Source of the DNA: Lama guanicoe
Taxonomy: Eukaryota
Direction: 5' to 3'
Length of the DNA stretch: 64,000 bases
Assembly (NCBI GenBank): GCA_013239625.1
Contig: MU054187.1
Span: 5,591,757 to 5,655,756, forward strand
Shown: piece by piece, positions 25,129 to 36,835 of the stretch
Numbering within the stretch: position 1 is the stretch's first letter
How the letters are laid out: the number at the start of each line of letters is the position of its first letter
Position numbers and translations under genes: made by a program
Notes under the pieces: generated by a model
Database searches by the model: none
Seen by the model: the letters and a program-made list of their open reading frames with translations, nothing else
Told to the model about the DNA's origin: nothing

Positions 25129-27942
25129 TGTTATGTGCTTGCAGTTTGAGATGATTCCATCCTGTTTTCTCTAACTCAGACATTTTTAAAGTCGCATTAT
25201 TTGGCACGCAGTTCTTAAATGGATATTTTTGTGGTTGTTAACCGAGTGTGGGGCTGTGTTTTTGTTATTTGTCTACTTAGCAACTGATTGACTGTTCTTA
25301 ACGGTTGATCTGATTTTAGCATTAAGAAAATGAAAAACACCTAATTATCCATTCATCAGGCCAGAGTTTATGAAGAAAATGGAGAATTCTTTGCCTTTTG
25401 ATTTGGGCCAGATCTGCTACTCCTGTGGCCAAACCTACAGAACAGAAATACGTGAGAACTCTTTTTCATCACCAGTGTCTCGTTACCAATGTCCAAGAAG
25501 AAACATGGGTGCCAAGAAGGTAGCAAGTACACGACAAGACCAGGGAATCTCAATCAGATGAGCTCACCAGAACAGTGAGTGCTAAACGCATCATTTGTTT
25601 GCAAGCAAAGTCTTTTGGATTATTAAACGTGAAACACACTTGTCTCAATGAAAATTTTTTGAAAAATTCTCCATCAAACTGTTCTTTTCAGCCTCATAAT
25701 AAGCAGTACTTGTAATCTTGAGCCATAAAATCAGTACTTATGCTTTTAATGAGCCATCTCTAGAAGCTGTACTTCATAATATTTTTACAGGGTAAATTTA
25801 TTCCCTATTGGTGTACACAGAAAGTGGAATATAAAAATAAAACTGTCCCCCCTGTCATCTTCAGGGAGAATGGGGGACTCTTCATCTCTACAGCATCTTG
25901 AACTGGACACATAATCATACGGTTTCCACCCCGTGTCCCACTCACCCCCAGCTCTCGTCCCAGGGTTAGACTCCTCTCAACTCTGGCTCTCTGAAGGGAA
26001 AGCATGTGGTACACAGTTCAGAAAAGGAAACAATGAGTATATTGAAACAGGACTAAAATTGTAAATTGTCTGCTTGGGTAGACAAATATTAACTTGCTCT
26101 TGTTAGGTCTGTCGAATGTAATAAAACTGATTAAACATAATACACATATACTTTTTTAGAAGAAGATTACTCTTGCCAAGTTTCTTTCAATACACAGTAA
26201 AAAGAATGCTCACTAGTTTAACACACACACACACAACTAACAGAGCTTTAAAATGTTCCAGATACTCCCATCTCTAAAGCACACCAAAGTAGTCAGAACT
26301 GAGTTTGTAAAATATTTTTAGAAGTTTCTTTAATTAATTTTAAACATAGAGACTTGTATGGGAGGAATGCACATTATAAAGTGATAAATGCTTTTGTCTG
26401 TTGTAAGAGAAATTCTACGAGGAATAACTAAGAATAAGCACAGATCTAGTTGTTTTTAGAACCTGCTGAGATTTCGTTCCCCGGCAGCAGGTCCAAGAAA
26501 AGTGTGAGACAGAATAAATGTCCTATTTTCTTTCTTGTGCCTGGAGACTTGCTAAGGTTCTGAAGGCAAATTTTGAATAGGTGACTTCATCATTTTCTTG
26601 CACTTTTTGTAATTCTAGGACAATTGCCAATGACACGTTTTTCTCAACTATTCTAAGGCATCGAATCAAACCTTGTTTACACAAAAATTTCCAGGAAAAA
26701 TATTTAGCTGAAATGTAGTCGCTCTCTCCCTTTCTCTCTCGTCAGTGTTACGCGTGCAAACGTATTAAGATTTTTCCTCCTGTGGCAATTAATACGAAAT
26801 TACCCACATCCATCATTTTTAATGCAAGTAATATTCACGCCCTTCAGGGAAATATATGAAAGAAAAATACCCGGATTGCTTAAGGCTGATCTCAAGGTCA
26901 GTCTCAATGATCCACCAGAAACATTTACAAGCAGCAGAAATGGCTTATCATTTGTCAGAAACCTTTTAGAGTACTCTTTGGTAAATAAGTTGCATCTCTG
27001 CATTTTGAAATGGCCTGTACAAGCTTTGACAAAGAGACAGGCTTGGACTGGGTTAAATGAAAGAGAAAACATTTGTGGTCGAGGAAGATCAGTGGTCAAC
27101 AGCTCTCGTGCACCAGAGGATTTGATGCACCTCTTTGATTTAATACAAGACTACCTAGCGTTTGGCTCACACTTACTTTTGTTTATGGGAGAAACAAACA
27201 GTCTGAGTTTTGTAAAATATTTTACCTCTAAAATTTTTAATGAGAGATTTAGCAGTTGAACAAATCTGAAAGGGAAATTGCAGAACCTTAGCAAATTTCT
27301 AAATTGGATCTCCATCCAATTTTACAGCAGATTTTGAAGATGTCAATATGCTTCTTACATAAGATGATGACCCTTAAGTACAGAAACCTTAAGTAAAAAC
27401 TAAAGTGAAATTTGAAACCAGGACAAAATATCATCCTTCTATGAGAAAGTAGTGAAAAACCCTGGCAATTTAACAGCATAGCAGGAAAAAATTAAATGTT
27501 CTTTTTTGGAAGTCGGGGGTAAAACAAAGAGAGAAGCTTTGTGGATTAAACCTCCAAGGAAGTCAAAAGGAAAGAGCAAGTTTTAATGCTGTCATACAAT
27601 TTTAAGTATTACCAGATTAAAAAGAACCACTGGCTTCTTTCATACTTATTTTTTCCATGAAGAAAAGTTGTATCAGCTTTGGTGGGGCAGATCAGATGAT
27701 TTTAGAAACCACATCCTCATTACTCAGAACCAGATTCCACCTTTCAGTATTTCAGTATTATTAGTCCTGTCCCCAATTTCTTCCTTTGAAACCACTGCAT
27801 GTGTTCTCAGTGGTCCAGTGACCACTACTGATGCTAATCATGTCCCTCATTTTCATAAACAGTGACGTTGAACACGAAGTAGGTCAGGCCTGAAAGGGAA
27901 AAGTTGTAACTGGGGAGTGGGTCAATGTGTGCTAGAAGTATT

Positions 27943-27944
<2 letters not shown>

Positions 27945-27976
<32 letters not shown>
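27945..27976. repeat. (AC)16 microsatellite
   Basis: Perfect dinucleotide repeat. Confidence 0.98.
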
Positions 27977-27978
<2 letters not shown>

Positions 27979-28452
27979 ACCTTCCTACTTTAAAAAGTGG
28001 CTGCTAAAGAAGACTAAAAAATAATTGTCTGCTTTACCTTTCCTGATTTTTTATGATACACATTCTCTATTGATGGACACTGATCCCATTTTGATATTTT
28101 TACAGCAATCCGCACGCCTAGAAGTCAAGACTTCTTGCTTTCCTTTTGGCTGCTGCACTCGCTCCTCTCTGCCATAGAAGTGACTTGTCTAATTTGAGAT
28201 TGGAAACAGCCTGTCATCAATCCACTTAGACTTAATAACTGGGGCAATGTCACTCCGTGGAAACAAGAATACTTCCCCACTGCCTCCCCTGTTCCCTTCA
28301 AATGAAGGATAATCTCCAATTCCTTTTTTATTCATAAGGAAGGTCAAGTGAGTCACAGCCGTTCTGTAGCTTCCTCACCCTGAACTCAGAGGGTGACTTG
28401 TTAATTCAGGGTGCAAAAAAGAAGCTCTCCTTTGTCTAATCCAGTTTTATGA

Positions 28453-29091
28453 TGTATTGGTTATCTATTGCTGCGTAACAAGTTGCCCCCCTCACCCCCT
28501 CCAAAAAAATTGTCATTTGAAACCTTTCATGGTTTCTGTGAGTCAGAAAGTCTGATAGGGCACAGTGAGGTCGGCCCATCTCTGCTCCATGGTGTCTGGG
28601 GTCCCAGCTGGAACTTGAAGGCCTGGTTCTAAACAAGTGAACACTCACTCATTCATTTGTGTGTTTTGCAGATGGTGCAGGAAGAGACTTTAGCTGGGCT
28701 GGTGACTGGAGCATCTAAACAAAACTCCCCATGTGACCTGGTCTTTCTTGTAACATGGTGACTGGCTTCCAAAGATATGTGTTCTGAGATAGAGTGTGAA
28801 AGAGACAGAAAGAGAGAGCTAGACTGAGAGATGCAGAGAGAGAAACAGAGAGACAGAAAGACAGAGAGAGGGAAATGGGGAAGGGGGATGAGGCTACATC
28901 CTTTAATTACCTAGGCTCAGAAGACCCACAGCATGATTCCCACCATCCTCTGTTGGACAGAACAGTCACAAGCGGTGGGAACACAGACCCATCATGCACG
29001 TGGGAGGAGTGTCAGCCGCATTATAAGAAAAGCATATGGGATGACATAAATGTAGTAGAAGGACTGCTTTAAAAAACACCCTCTGTCACCA
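28453..29091 (-). mobile_element. MaLR LTR (MLT1H/G-like)
   Basis: tgtattggttatctattgctgcgtaacaa start; tttctgtgagtcagaa; ctctgctccatgg; acatggtgactggcttcca; internal GA-rich expansion. Confidence 0.8.
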
Positions 29092-29680
29092 CCAGTAATG
29101 GGATGCTGCTGTGTAATTATCTTCATTTGACTTTTGGAGAAAGGATGAATTATTGGGTTCTCTTAATTTACAACTGTTTTCAACAATTATTTTAGTTACA
29201 CAGTCTTGAATTTTGTCCATATACAAGGCAATATGCTAGGAAGTGTTACAAGAATATTTGTTTACAGTGAGATACAGACTCTGCCTTCATAGACCTAATG
29301 ATATCAGTGTCTTACAGTTCCATAGTCCTTTATCTTTTCACAGCTTGTGCATATTGACTATCTTACTTTATCCCTTAAGATTCTTGTGATTGATTATATC
29401 TATTTTGCATATGAGTAAACTGAAATTCAGAAGCATTCAGGGACTTACCCAGGGTCATACATGTAACGCATAATGGAAACAAGACTCACATTACAGAGAA
29501 AACTTCTTATTATATCTTTACTGTCTAGTGAAGTCTTTACTATTTTTATTCTTTCCCAGTAGACTTTAGAGGTATAATATAACCCCCCAAAAAGTAATTT
29601 TATAACATAAAAATACTAGTTCAAATAAAACTATTATAATCTTGTGTTTAGTACTCCTCAGTACAACTTCTACTCCCCAT

Positions 29681-29719
29681 AGAAGGAAAGAAAGAAAGAA
29701 GGAAAGAAAGAAAGAAGGA

Positions 29720-29786
<67 letters not shown>

Positions 29787-29833
29787 GAAGGAAGGAAGGA
29801 AGGAAGGAAGGAAGGAAGGAAGGAAGGAAGGAA
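29681..29833. repeat. Compound (GAAA)n(GGAA)n microsatellite
   Basis: About 150 bp of pure purine tetranucleotide repeats. Confidence 0.98.
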
Positions 29834-30110
29834 ATTAATCAGGATGATGAAGGCTAGAAATGCCAAAGAGAAATGGCTGATGAGGAAAGCCAATTCAGAC
29901 AGCTGCTAGGGATTTCTGTGTCCTTTCTTAGAAATGATCACGTATCAGTCAAAGGTAATGGATATTTTTCTTCTCTGAGTGCTTTGTAGATCCACCCTAA
30001 AAGATATTTTGCTGATACAGATTTTAAGAATGCTTGAAGCATGTAGGCAAAATAATAAAGACTCGACGTGGCCATATAAGTGAAAAGACATCTGATCTTT
30101 GTCTGGAGCT

Positions 30111-30501
30111 TGGATTAATTTGCTAGGGTCACCATGACAAGCATCACAGAACGGCTGGCTTGAACAACAGAGATTTATTGTCTCACAGCTCCAGAGGCTA
30201 GAAGTCGGAGATCAAAGGGTCGGTGGGGTTGGCTCCTTCTGAGAACTCTCTCTTGGCTTAAGGATGGCCAACTTCTCACTGTATCTTCACTTTGTCTTCC
30301 TTCTGTGCATGTCTCTTTCTCTTCACGTGGTGTTCTTTTTATAAGGATGGAGATCATATTGCATGAGAGCCCACCCTGATGACCTCATTTTGACTCATTA
30401 CGTCTGCAGTGACCCTATTGCCAAACAAAGTCACATTTTGAGGCATTAGGTTAGGACTTCAATACATGAATTTAGGGGGCCACACAATTCAATTCATAAC
30501 A
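30111..30501 (-). mobile_element. MaLR LTR (MLT1B/A-like), near complete
   Basis: gctaggg...aacaacagagatttattgtctcacagctccagaggctagaagtc...gtcacattttgagg...acacaattcaattcataaca. Confidence 0.9.
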
Positions 30502-31254
30502 CAATTCCATCAACTTTACTGCATTAGAAACAAATAGAAAAGGCTTACAAACAACATATAAGACAGGTAGTCACTCAGTTACACCCTGATGAGTGTGAAG
30601 GAACGTTCCCCCATAGAGAGCAGGGGAATTGGCTAAACAAAAAGCAAAAGTGGGGACGTGGTAATCCATCCACAGACTTGGGTAGTATCTGCATTTTCAT
30701 AACTGGGCAGGAGCCAACACAGAAGCATTTTTCTATTACTTTTTAGCTCGTCTACCCACCATAATTTATTCACTGAGGTTGCCTCTGTAACACCCTTTAT
30801 GTCTGGGTCTTTCCGAAGAATGCCAATACATGGATGGATGGAATCTACTCAGAAACTAGTTTCATAATGGTCTCGCTGCCAAATGTGCAGGCAGAACCCA
30901 GGGATTTATGAATAAATAAAGGCAAGCCTTCAGATACCTTGCCAAATGAATTCAAAAAATATTCTGAAAGCAGTGAGAGAAAGGTAAATAAATTTCAATT
31001 CAAGACTAATCCCAAGACTGTGGACTTAATAACAACCCAGATTCGATTTTTAAAATGTTAGAGGAAGATAACTTTAAAATTGATCTAGAACGTATCTGTT
31101 TTAAGCACACTTATCATCTCATTGTTTAAGTCTCTTCTGATTAAAAACATAGAAGGAAAATAAGCACCCTACATTATTCTCTGAGTTTTTGCAAAGCGTT
31201 CAAGTGGAGAAGTCAGTGCCTAAATGTATTAAATTTTAACAGCAACTTGGTAAA

Positions 31255-31670
31255 ACTCATTTTAAAATGTTTCATTATGAAAAATTTAAAACATAAAAAG
31301 ACAGAATAAGATAGTGAATTGCCATATATACTTACCACAAGAGTCAATAGTTACCAAGAATTTGCCGCATTTACTTCATCTGTTGCTCTCTCTTTCCCTT
31401 CCCTCCCTTCCTCCTTCCCATCCTTCTCTTTCTTTCTGTCTGAATTATGAATTAGAGCCCCAGCCATCACTATGCCCCTACATACTTCTGAACGGATCAC
31501 TAAAAATTATTAACATTTTCTTACAATCCTCACTGCTGTTACCAAACCAATAACCGTTTGGAATAACCGTAATGCCCTAATGACACCTAATGCCTGGGTA
31601 CACACTCAAGGTTCCCAGATGGCCTCCAAACACGTTGAGAGCTGTTGTGTTTGAATCAGGATCTGAATAA
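31255..31670 (-). mobile_element. Old L1 3'UTR fragment (L1ME-like)
   Basis: tttcattatgaaaaatttaaaacata...ttgccgcatttacttcatc...tttgaatcaggatc. Confidence 0.6.
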
Positions 31671-32035
31671 GGGAAGGGATGTTCTGAGGCAGTATTTATG
31701 AACAGAATTTTTACCTTTGGAGAAGGAGTGAGAACTTTTTAAAAGCAAGTAGGACCACTGTACCCTGCTGCACATGCATAGAGGTTTTTGGGGGTTTGGG
31801 GTTGTTTTGTTTTTTTTTTGTCTCAGAATCTGAGTTCAATTTGGAGTATGTAGCCATTACTAGCAATCTGCGGTAGTAAATCACTTTATTTCTGGGCTTC
31901 TGGAGTGCATGGGGCTTGTCCTAGGACACGAAGAAGTTTATGCGCTAAATGCAGAGAAAAGACCCTCCTTTCAAATAGGTGTATTTGCATGGGCATGAAA
32001 ACCAGCATAATTATAATCACAAAACACAGCTGTAT

Positions 32036-32620
32036 TCCGGCAGGCAGAATTCTAAGACGGCCCCGAGATCTTCACCCTCTGGGATGTACATTTTGTGTAA
32101 CCGCCTCCCCTTTCGTGTGGTTGGAGACTGGGCATAGGGTAGGATAGTCGCTTTCGGATTAGTTGCATTATAAGGCAAATGGTGATGGGAGAATCACCCC
32201 CTTGATTATGTTAAAATACGTAAGACACCCTTGTTGAAGCCTGGAGAGGAATGGAAGTTAGCAGCATTCTTGATGGCTCAGAAAAAACAAACACCTGCCT
32301 TGTGAATTGTCTAAGGGGCCACACGGCCAGGAACTGCAGCACCTCTCAGGGCTGGGAGGCATCCCTAGCTGACAGCCAGCCAGAAAGCAAAACCCTATAC
32401 CCACAAGGAGCCAAATTCTGCCGACAAACTAAATCAGCTTGAAAGAGGACCCTGGGTTCTGGATGTGAACTTCAGTGTGGCCAGCCCTTCACAGCAGCCT
32501 TATGAGACCCTGAGCTCGACCTGGGCCAGATACAGCTTGCCTGGACTCATAGCTCGTGGTCAAGGTGAGATAATGGATGTGCTACAGCTTCTCCTGGAAT
32601 GCACGGTTCATCGCCAAAAT
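32036..32620 (+). mobile_element. MaLR LTR (MLT1E/F-like)
   Basis: ggcaggcagaattctaagacggcccc...ggccacacggccaggaactg...gacagccagc...cagccttatgagaccctgagc. Confidence 0.85.
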
Positions 32621-32624
32621 ACTG

Positions 32625-33619
32625 GTTGTCCTCAAACCCTTCTCTGAAGAGTCCCTCCTTTTCTTGAATTTGCTGTCTCCCCTGTAGGTAACCCCCACTG
32701 CAGCCTTCTCAAGTGGTGCAGGTACTGATAAAAGCAGATGTGGAGCAGCTGTCCAGCCTGACCTTGTCGAAGCTCCCAGACCATTCTCCCTGCTTAAAGC
32801 CCCACGAGATTACATCACCCACTACTTGTTTTTCCCTGTTACCTACCAACATTTTCATTTTTCCTTCTCACTTTTAAGGCTCACTGACATTCTAAAATTA
32901 CCCTGTCTTAATTCTTGACCATTTCGATATGCACATAGTTAATCCTTCCAATTTCGAGCTCTCAGTCTTTGAACTCTGCTCCTTCAATTTGACCTCCACC
33001 TTATCTCAGTGAGTTCCTCTTAAGGACCTACCTCGGACCTTGTCATCATTGACACCTGCTACCTCTCCACAGACTTGATTCTACAAATCCCATTCCTTGA
33101 GCTCCAGCTCACTTCCTTTAATCCTCCTGTGCCAACAATTTTTCTATCCCATTGAGACTTTCAACCCACTGATCTCATCATTACTCAGTGTCTCTCATCT
33201 CCATGATCTCCTTTCTTTCCTCCATACCTGGATTAAATTCCATAGTCAATCATTTTAATCATTCCTCAGCATAGACACTCAGTTCCCTTGTCCATTGCAG
33301 TGTTTGCTGGAATTGTTTGACAAAACCACAAACCTAGATAAAGTAACCTGTGCCCTTTGCAGCTGATAACAAAAGAACATGACAAAAGGAAAGCACAATC
33401 TCACTTCTTGGTACCACTTCAAAATAATAACCATAAACTCCAACCATGCTCTTAACAATACCCAGCAACCATGCTGTAATTCCTTAGTCCATTTAATCTC
33501 TCGCTGTGGTAATTGACTCCTTCATAACTTTTTTTTGATCCTCAAACCTCCAGCATTTCCTCTCCCATCCTTGTGTAAAATGGATGACTTTTCTTCCTAT
33601 CTGACTAAAAAAATTCAAG
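32625..33619 (+). mobile_element. L2 5' part (endonuclease region of ORF2)
   Basis: Translations ILDHFDMH (32911) and PTSDLVII (33027) resemble APE motifs ILGDFNIH and HTLDLVI; pyrimidine-rich L2 sense sequence. Confidence 0.8.
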
Positions 33620-34420
33620 TAATAAGTAATTTCATTTCAGATGAAAGGGGACTCAACAACTCTTCTATTAAAAACAAACCATGAAACTAGGAAAATATAT
33701 GCATGGAAGTGTTTGAAGGCAAGATAGAATTAATAGCATAATGCAGTATTGTGGCATAGGACCCAGGAGAAGAAGAAAACACAGTTAACTTGGCCTTATC
33801 ACAAGGACATCTGTCCATTCAGGATGAGGCATGTGAAAGGCTGAAAAGTTGAACAGCACATTCAATATCCTCTCTGGTCTAGGGGGACAAATGCCAGGAA
33901 ATAGGTCTACCCAAGAAGGAGAGACCCTTGTAAACTACACATACTTCAGGCTGAGATAATAGAAACAAGATACACCATAAGAATAAAGCAAACCCTGAAA
34001 TAGATAAGATTTAAATTATTTCAATCCCTGAAGTTGGATTAGATCATTCAGATTGCTAGTGTCCCTAAATATCTCAGAAGCAAGAATACAGGATCCCTGA
34101 AGGAAGATATTATCCTTAATAATTTTTTAAAAAATATTTTATGTACATGTCCAGCATTTATTCAAAAATGTACTCATGAAAAAGATAATATCACACAAAT
34201 TTTTTAAAAAAGAAAGAAAAGAAACACGAAAGAAGACAGATACACAGAATACCCATAAAACAGTGTTATCAGGCTTGAGGCATTAAAGTAACTATGCTTA
34301 ATATGTTTAATAAGATAAAAAATAAAACTGAAAATTTCAGAAGAATACTGAAAAGTATAAAATAAAACAAAATAATTTTAGACCTGAAAAATATAATAAT
34401 CAAAATTAAGAATCCAATGG

Positions 34421-34549
34421 GGGGGAATAAATTAGAAGTTTGGGATTCATAGATACTAACTACTAAATGTAAAATACTTAAACAGCAAAGACCTACTATA
34501 TAGCACAGAGCACTATATTCAATACCTTGTAATAACCTATAATGGAAAA

Positions 34550-34581
<32 letters not shown>

Positions 34582-34656
34582 ATAAAACTGAATAGCTTTG
34601 CTGTACACCTGAAACTAACACAACATTATAAATCTACTATATGTTAATTTTTTAAA
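34421..34656 (+). mobile_element. Young L1 3' stub with 13-bp TSD, containing (TG)n
   Basis: TSD aagaatccaatgg at 34408-34420 and 34657-34669; gctgtacacctgaaactaacacaacatt. Confidence 0.92.
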
Positions 34657-34780
34657 AAGAATCCAATGGACAATTTTATCAGTAGATTAAACCGATTTCA
34701 AAACAATAGTATTGAACTAGAAGTCAGGAAAAAGAAAATATTCTGAACAAAACAAGTAGGAAATGTATGCATGGAAAATA

Positions 34781-34821
34781 GAAAAGAGAGAGAGAGAAAA
34801 GAGAAAGGAAGAAAGAAAGGA

Positions 34822-34889
<68 letters not shown>

Positions 34890-34940
34890 GAGAAAGGAAG
34901 GAAGGAAGGAAGGAAGGAAGGAAGGAAGGAAGGAAGGAAG
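34781..34940. repeat. Compound (GA)n/(GAAA)n/(GA)n/(GGAA)n microsatellite
   Basis: Pure purine repeat of about 160 bp. Confidence 0.98.
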
Positions 34941-36835
34941 CTGCCTATATTAGCTAATATACATGTAATCAAAGTCCCAGAAGGAAGGCAAAGAGTGCAA
35001 AAATAGTATTTGAAAAGATAATGGTTGAAAATTTTCTAAAATGGGTGAACATTATAAAACAGATTCAAGAAGCCCTGTGAGCACCAAGCAGTATACATTT
35101 TTTAAAAGGTACATTATTCTAGAAGATGGAAAATCAAAAAAAAAAATCTTAAAACTGTTCAAGGGGAAAATTAATCCAACAGGACCAGAATAGACTGCAG
35201 GAGATTTTTAAACATAAACAACAGAAGACACAGACAGGGTTTATGTCTTCAAAGTATAGAAAGAAAATAACTGCCAACACAGAATGCTACATCCAAAGAG
35301 CACCGTCTTCAAAAGGGAAGATACAACAAAGATATTTTCTGACAAAAGAAAACAGAGAATTTAGCTCTAGCAGGCTTGCAGCAAAGGAAATCTTAAAAAG
35401 TGTTTTTGAGACAGAAGGGACATGAAACCAGATGGAGCTCAGAAATCCATGAAAAATGACAAGCAATAAAAATGATAACTATGTGTAAAGATTTGAATGG
35501 ATATTGCTTCTAAAACCTTATGAAAGTATAGTAGTATTTAACAAACATGTGTTAAGAAATATGTGAGTATGCAATATTAATCAGATTATATCGTTTTGAT
35601 GAAAAAGGAAACACATAGATGTAAAATAGAATATAGGTCAAGAGACCTACTCAATCATATATAGATATTTATTTTAAGACTAATGTGACACTTAAGAGAT
35701 GTGGACAAGTAACAACAGTCCTTTTAGTAAGTGGTGCTGAGGAAATTGGATTTCCTCATTTAAAAAATTAATTTTGAACCAATCTCACACTGTACTTAAT
35801 TCTAAATCAGTTATAAATCTAAATGTGAGAAATGACCAGTACAGCTTCTAGAAGATAATATCTTTTTAATCAGGCACAGGAAACATTTTCCTGTAGTATA
35901 TGGAAAGCACTAAGCAAAAAGGCAAAATTTGAAAAATTTATAAATATTAAAATTAACATCAGCTCCTCAAAAGTACCATTAATAGTCAATTGTTAAGAGT
36001 TAAGAGGCAAACACAGAATGTGAAAACACACACACATATACACATATATAGGTAAATACATATATATTTATACACACACACACACACTATATATATATAT
36101 ATATATATACAACCAGCTAAGGAGTCATATCCAGAATACATAAAGATCCCTTATTGATATGAAAAAGACAGAAAAGTGGGCAAGGAACTTGAATAGACCC
36201 TTTACAGGAAAATCTTTCCAAATGGCCAATACACACATGCTCTACTTTAGTAGTTTCTAGGGGAATATGAAATAAAATCCACACCAGAAACATTGAAATT
36301 TAACAGATAACAATTGCAAGTGTTGGAGAGAATTTGGGACAAGAGGAACATTTGTAGCTGCCAGTGGAAATGCAAATGATACAAAGAAGTGATACCATAG
36401 ATTTCATAACAGGCTAACAGCTCAGAACTAGAAACTGTCCAAATGCCCATTAACAGGAGAATGAAAAATCAAATTATATAATCTTAGAATGGAATATTCT
36501 ATAGAAATAAAAATAAACTTGCTACAATAACTTCCAACAAAGTAGCTGAATTTGACAAACATGGTGTTGACACAAATGCAAACACTACATACTAGCTTTT
36601 AAAGTTCAGAACTAAACTGTAGTGTTATAATTCAGGATAGTGGTTACTTTGGGGGAGGGATAGGTGCATAAGAATTATGAAGGAACATGTGAGGGGGTTT
36701 GGGGCTGCCTACAATTTTTTACTATCTGACCAAGATAATGGCCACGCAATATGGCGATAACTCATCGAGCTGTACATTGATACTTAGTATACTGTTCTGT
36801 GGATCATTCTTAACAAAAAAAAATTTTTTAATGTA

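Larger units (their letters stand above)
33620..36835 (+). mobile_element. Old L1 with 5' region, ORF1 remnant, late ORF2 and 3'UTR, lacking most of ORF2
   Basis: KVPEG..FEKIMVENF (34971-35040) and REFSSSRLAAKEILKSV (to 35425) are ORF1-like; late ORF2/3'UTR motifs from ~35620; A-rich end. Confidence 0.75.

Noticed and set aside
26822..27259. 145-aa ATG-initiated ORF
   Set aside because: No recognisable homology or coding-like composition; a 99-aa ORF overlaps on the opposite strand, suggesting chance.
29642..29893. K/E/R-rich and F/L/S-rich ORFs (also at 34724-34972)
   Set aside because: Translations of GAAA/GGAA microsatellites.
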